Part shown: positions 62,259 through 64,000 of the stretch, one piece after another | Position numbering within the stretch: the first letter of the stretch is position 1 | How the letters are laid out: each line of letters starts with the position of its first letter | Origin: a bacterium | GTDB taxonomy: Bacteria; UBA8248 | NCBI GenBank assembly: GCA_965203325.1 | Contig: OZ241875.1 | Coordinates: 4,032,001 to 4,096,000, forward strand | DNA: 64,000 nt | Direction of reading: 5' to 3' | Translations under genes and position numbers: made by a program | Notes under the pieces: generated by a model | The model's input: only the letters and a program-made list of their open reading frames with translations | Databases searched by the model: none | What the model was told of the DNA's origin: nothing

Positions 62259-63152
62259 TCAACGCCCCGTTGTTTTCCATGGAATGCATTGCGTGCCAGA
62301 GCCTATTGGACACCAAATCCGCATGTTGGAATCTGGGCCATACAATATCGTGGCGCGTGGCGCATAAAGAGATGCGAGGTGAGAAACACCGGAATCCCCT
62401 CCAAAATACGCGGAAGACATTGCAAGAAAAGCGCTTAAGACCTTAGGTGAGATATCACTGAGAATGGCTATGGAGCTGCTCCATAGCCTTTGAAATTCCT
62501 CGCTGGCAATTGAATCCGCAGGCCCTTCTATCATGACGGGCCGCTGGCCTGTTTCATCAGCATACCTTCTGGCCATAGCGGTGAGAATCCGAGGGGGAAT
62601 CCATTTACTCTTTCCTCCTCCTCCTGGATGGATGACGAAGAAGCTAGAATGCTCTAAGTCATATTTATCTAATAACTTAACAGGTAATGTGAAATTTTTT
62701 TGTGAGGGTCCTAGCTTTATCTTTCCAAGTTCAGGTGTGTCCAATATTAACCATGGCCGCATCATCCACTCACATATGTGAATTTCTTCCGAGTGGGGAG
62801 GAAATGGTGGATGTATCCGGCAGTGCCCCAACCTGTTTAAACTCAAGCGCTTGACGAGCTCTCCTGAAATGTCCGAAGTGTAGAACATACACATATCATA
62901 GCGTTTGATAAGTCGACACAGAGCGTCGTTTTCTTGTGGTTGAGCATTATACAGGAGGTGAAAGGGGGATGAGTCCCCGTCGAGAATTTCGTGAATCAGC
63001 CCCGAATCGAATAGCGGGGCTGCATAATTGGGGTTTGCAGCCAGGGTAATATGAGCATTTTCGTAATGATTACCTAACTGTTTGAATAATAAGGCCAATA
63101 GCAGTGTGTCCCCGAATGCTCCCATTCGGTAAATCAAGATTCTGGTTGCCAA
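62259..63152 (-). CDS. Glycosyltransferase family 9 (heptosyltransferase-like)
   Basis: RMGAFGD, IHPGGG..SKW, GGDSGVSHLA, LYGP. Confidence 0.85.
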   Translation of the reverse strand: MATRILIYRMGAFGDTLLLALLFKQLGNHYENAHITLAANPNYAAPLFDSGLIHEILDGDSSPFHLLYNAQPQENDALCRLIKRYDMCMFYTSDISGELVKRLSLNRLGHCRIHPPFPPHSEEIHICEWMMRPWLILDTPELGKIKLGPSQKNFTLPVKLLDKYDLEHSSFFVIHPGGGGKSKWIPPRILTAMARRYADETGQRPVMIEGPADSIASEEFQRLWSSSIAILSDISPKVLSAFLAMSSAYFGGDSGVSHLASLYAPRATILYGPDSNMRIWCPIGSGTQCIPWKTTGR

Positions 63153-63155
63153 CGT

Positions 63156-63989
63156 CTACACGCCACCCATGAGTGATTCCACAGCTCGGGCAATTCTCGC
63201 GAATTCATAAGCGTCCAGAGTCTCGGCTCGTCGGCTGGGGTCGACACCTGCCCTTTGAAGGAGGTTTTGCAAAACTTCCGGGTTTGAGGAGAGATTTTTA
63301 ATATCTTTTAACTCACATAGGTTCAATGCCTTGAGATTATTGAGCAGGGTTTTTCTGCGGTGCGTAAAACCCGCCTGTATTATCCGGAAATAGAGACCCT
63401 CATCTCCTACCTCTACTTGGGGCTTTCCTCTCGCCTCTAGACGAACGATCGCGGAGTCAACCTTTGGTGGTGGCCGAAAAGCGCCCGGGGGCACCACTTG
63501 GCATAGCCCCGCCTGATATCGATACCCGACCCAGAGAGTGAGTGAGCCATAATCCTTGACACCCGGCCCAGCACAAAGCCTCTCGCCCACTTCGCGCTGC
63601 ACCATTAGAATCATAAGGGGAAAACGTTCAACTTTTTCAGTGAGTTGTGAGATTATCGCCGAAGCGACCTGATAGGGCAGATTCGCCACAATCTTCATCT
63701 TTTTGGGGAGGGCGTTGTAGTCGATTTCTAACGCGTCACCATGAATCAGGTGAAATCTCTCGTGCTCATCTTCCATCTTTTTGAGCGCAGGAATGAGCGT
63801 GTTGTCTATCTCTATGCCGTGGACGATGGCGCCGGCGGCGAGGAGGCGCCGCGTGAGGGCGCCTTCGCCCACGCCGATTTCGAGCACATCCTCACCCGGC
63901 GTAATATCCGCTAATTCAATTATTTGCGAGAGATACCTCTTCTCGTGGAGGAAGTGTTGGCCGAGTTTTTGTCTTCTGCGACGCGCCAT
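63156..63989 (-). CDS. rsmA: 16S rRNA dimethyladenosine transferase
   Basis: LGQHFL, LEIGVGEG, ANLPY, MVQREV, FRPPPKVDS, RRAE. Confidence 0.95.
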   Translation of the reverse strand: MARRRRQKLGQHFLHEKRYLSQIIELADITPGEDVLEIGVGEGALTRRLLAAGAIVHGIEIDNTLIPALKKMEDEHERFHLIHGDALEIDYNALPKKMKIVANLPYQVASAIISQLTEKVERFPLMILMVQREVGERLCAGPGVKDYGSLTLWVGYRYQAGLCQVVPPGAFRPPPKVDSAIVRLEARGKPQVEVGDEGLYFRIIQAGFTHRRKTLLNNLKALNLCELKDIKNLSSNPEVLQNLLQRAGVDPSRRAETLDAYEFARIARAVESLMGGV

Positions 63990-64000
63990 GGGAAACCGCT

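Overview
High-GC bacterial chromosomal segment. Ankyrin and TPR proteins, a GAFGA-ended surface protein and very dense palindromic repeats suggest an uncultured host-associated lineage such as a sponge symbiont (inference only). Housekeeping blocks: cca/pyrR, pdxA, comF, aroF, rodZ-mfd-two PPIases-S4, pyrR-pyrB-pyrC-carA-carB, tal, gdhA, ABC pair, alkA, dgt, degP, lepA-lepB, GT9, rsmA. Highlights not visible in the ORF track: (1) a UGA-recoded UGSC selenoprotein with a clean SECIS hairpin, in an operon with two acyl-CoA dehydrogenases (one frameshifted) and an uncharacterised partner; (2) next to it, a Se-dependent Mo-hydroxylase maturation operon with a CbbQ/NorQ-type AAA+ ATPase and a vWA protein inserted between yqeB and yqeC; (3) a 25-aa Phe/Tyr-rich leader-peptide attenuator before DAHP synthase; (4) a PyrR RNA attenuator plus a second, apparently non-RNA-binding PyrR; (5) an accessory region at 44.6-51.2 kb with an AT-rich FRG-TPR gene, an ORF6N gene with a covarying intragenic palindrome, three antitoxin genes whose toxins are missing or truncated at REP-like hairpins, and an IS256 inserted into a REP-like element. 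No rRNA, tRNA or CRISPR array was recognised.
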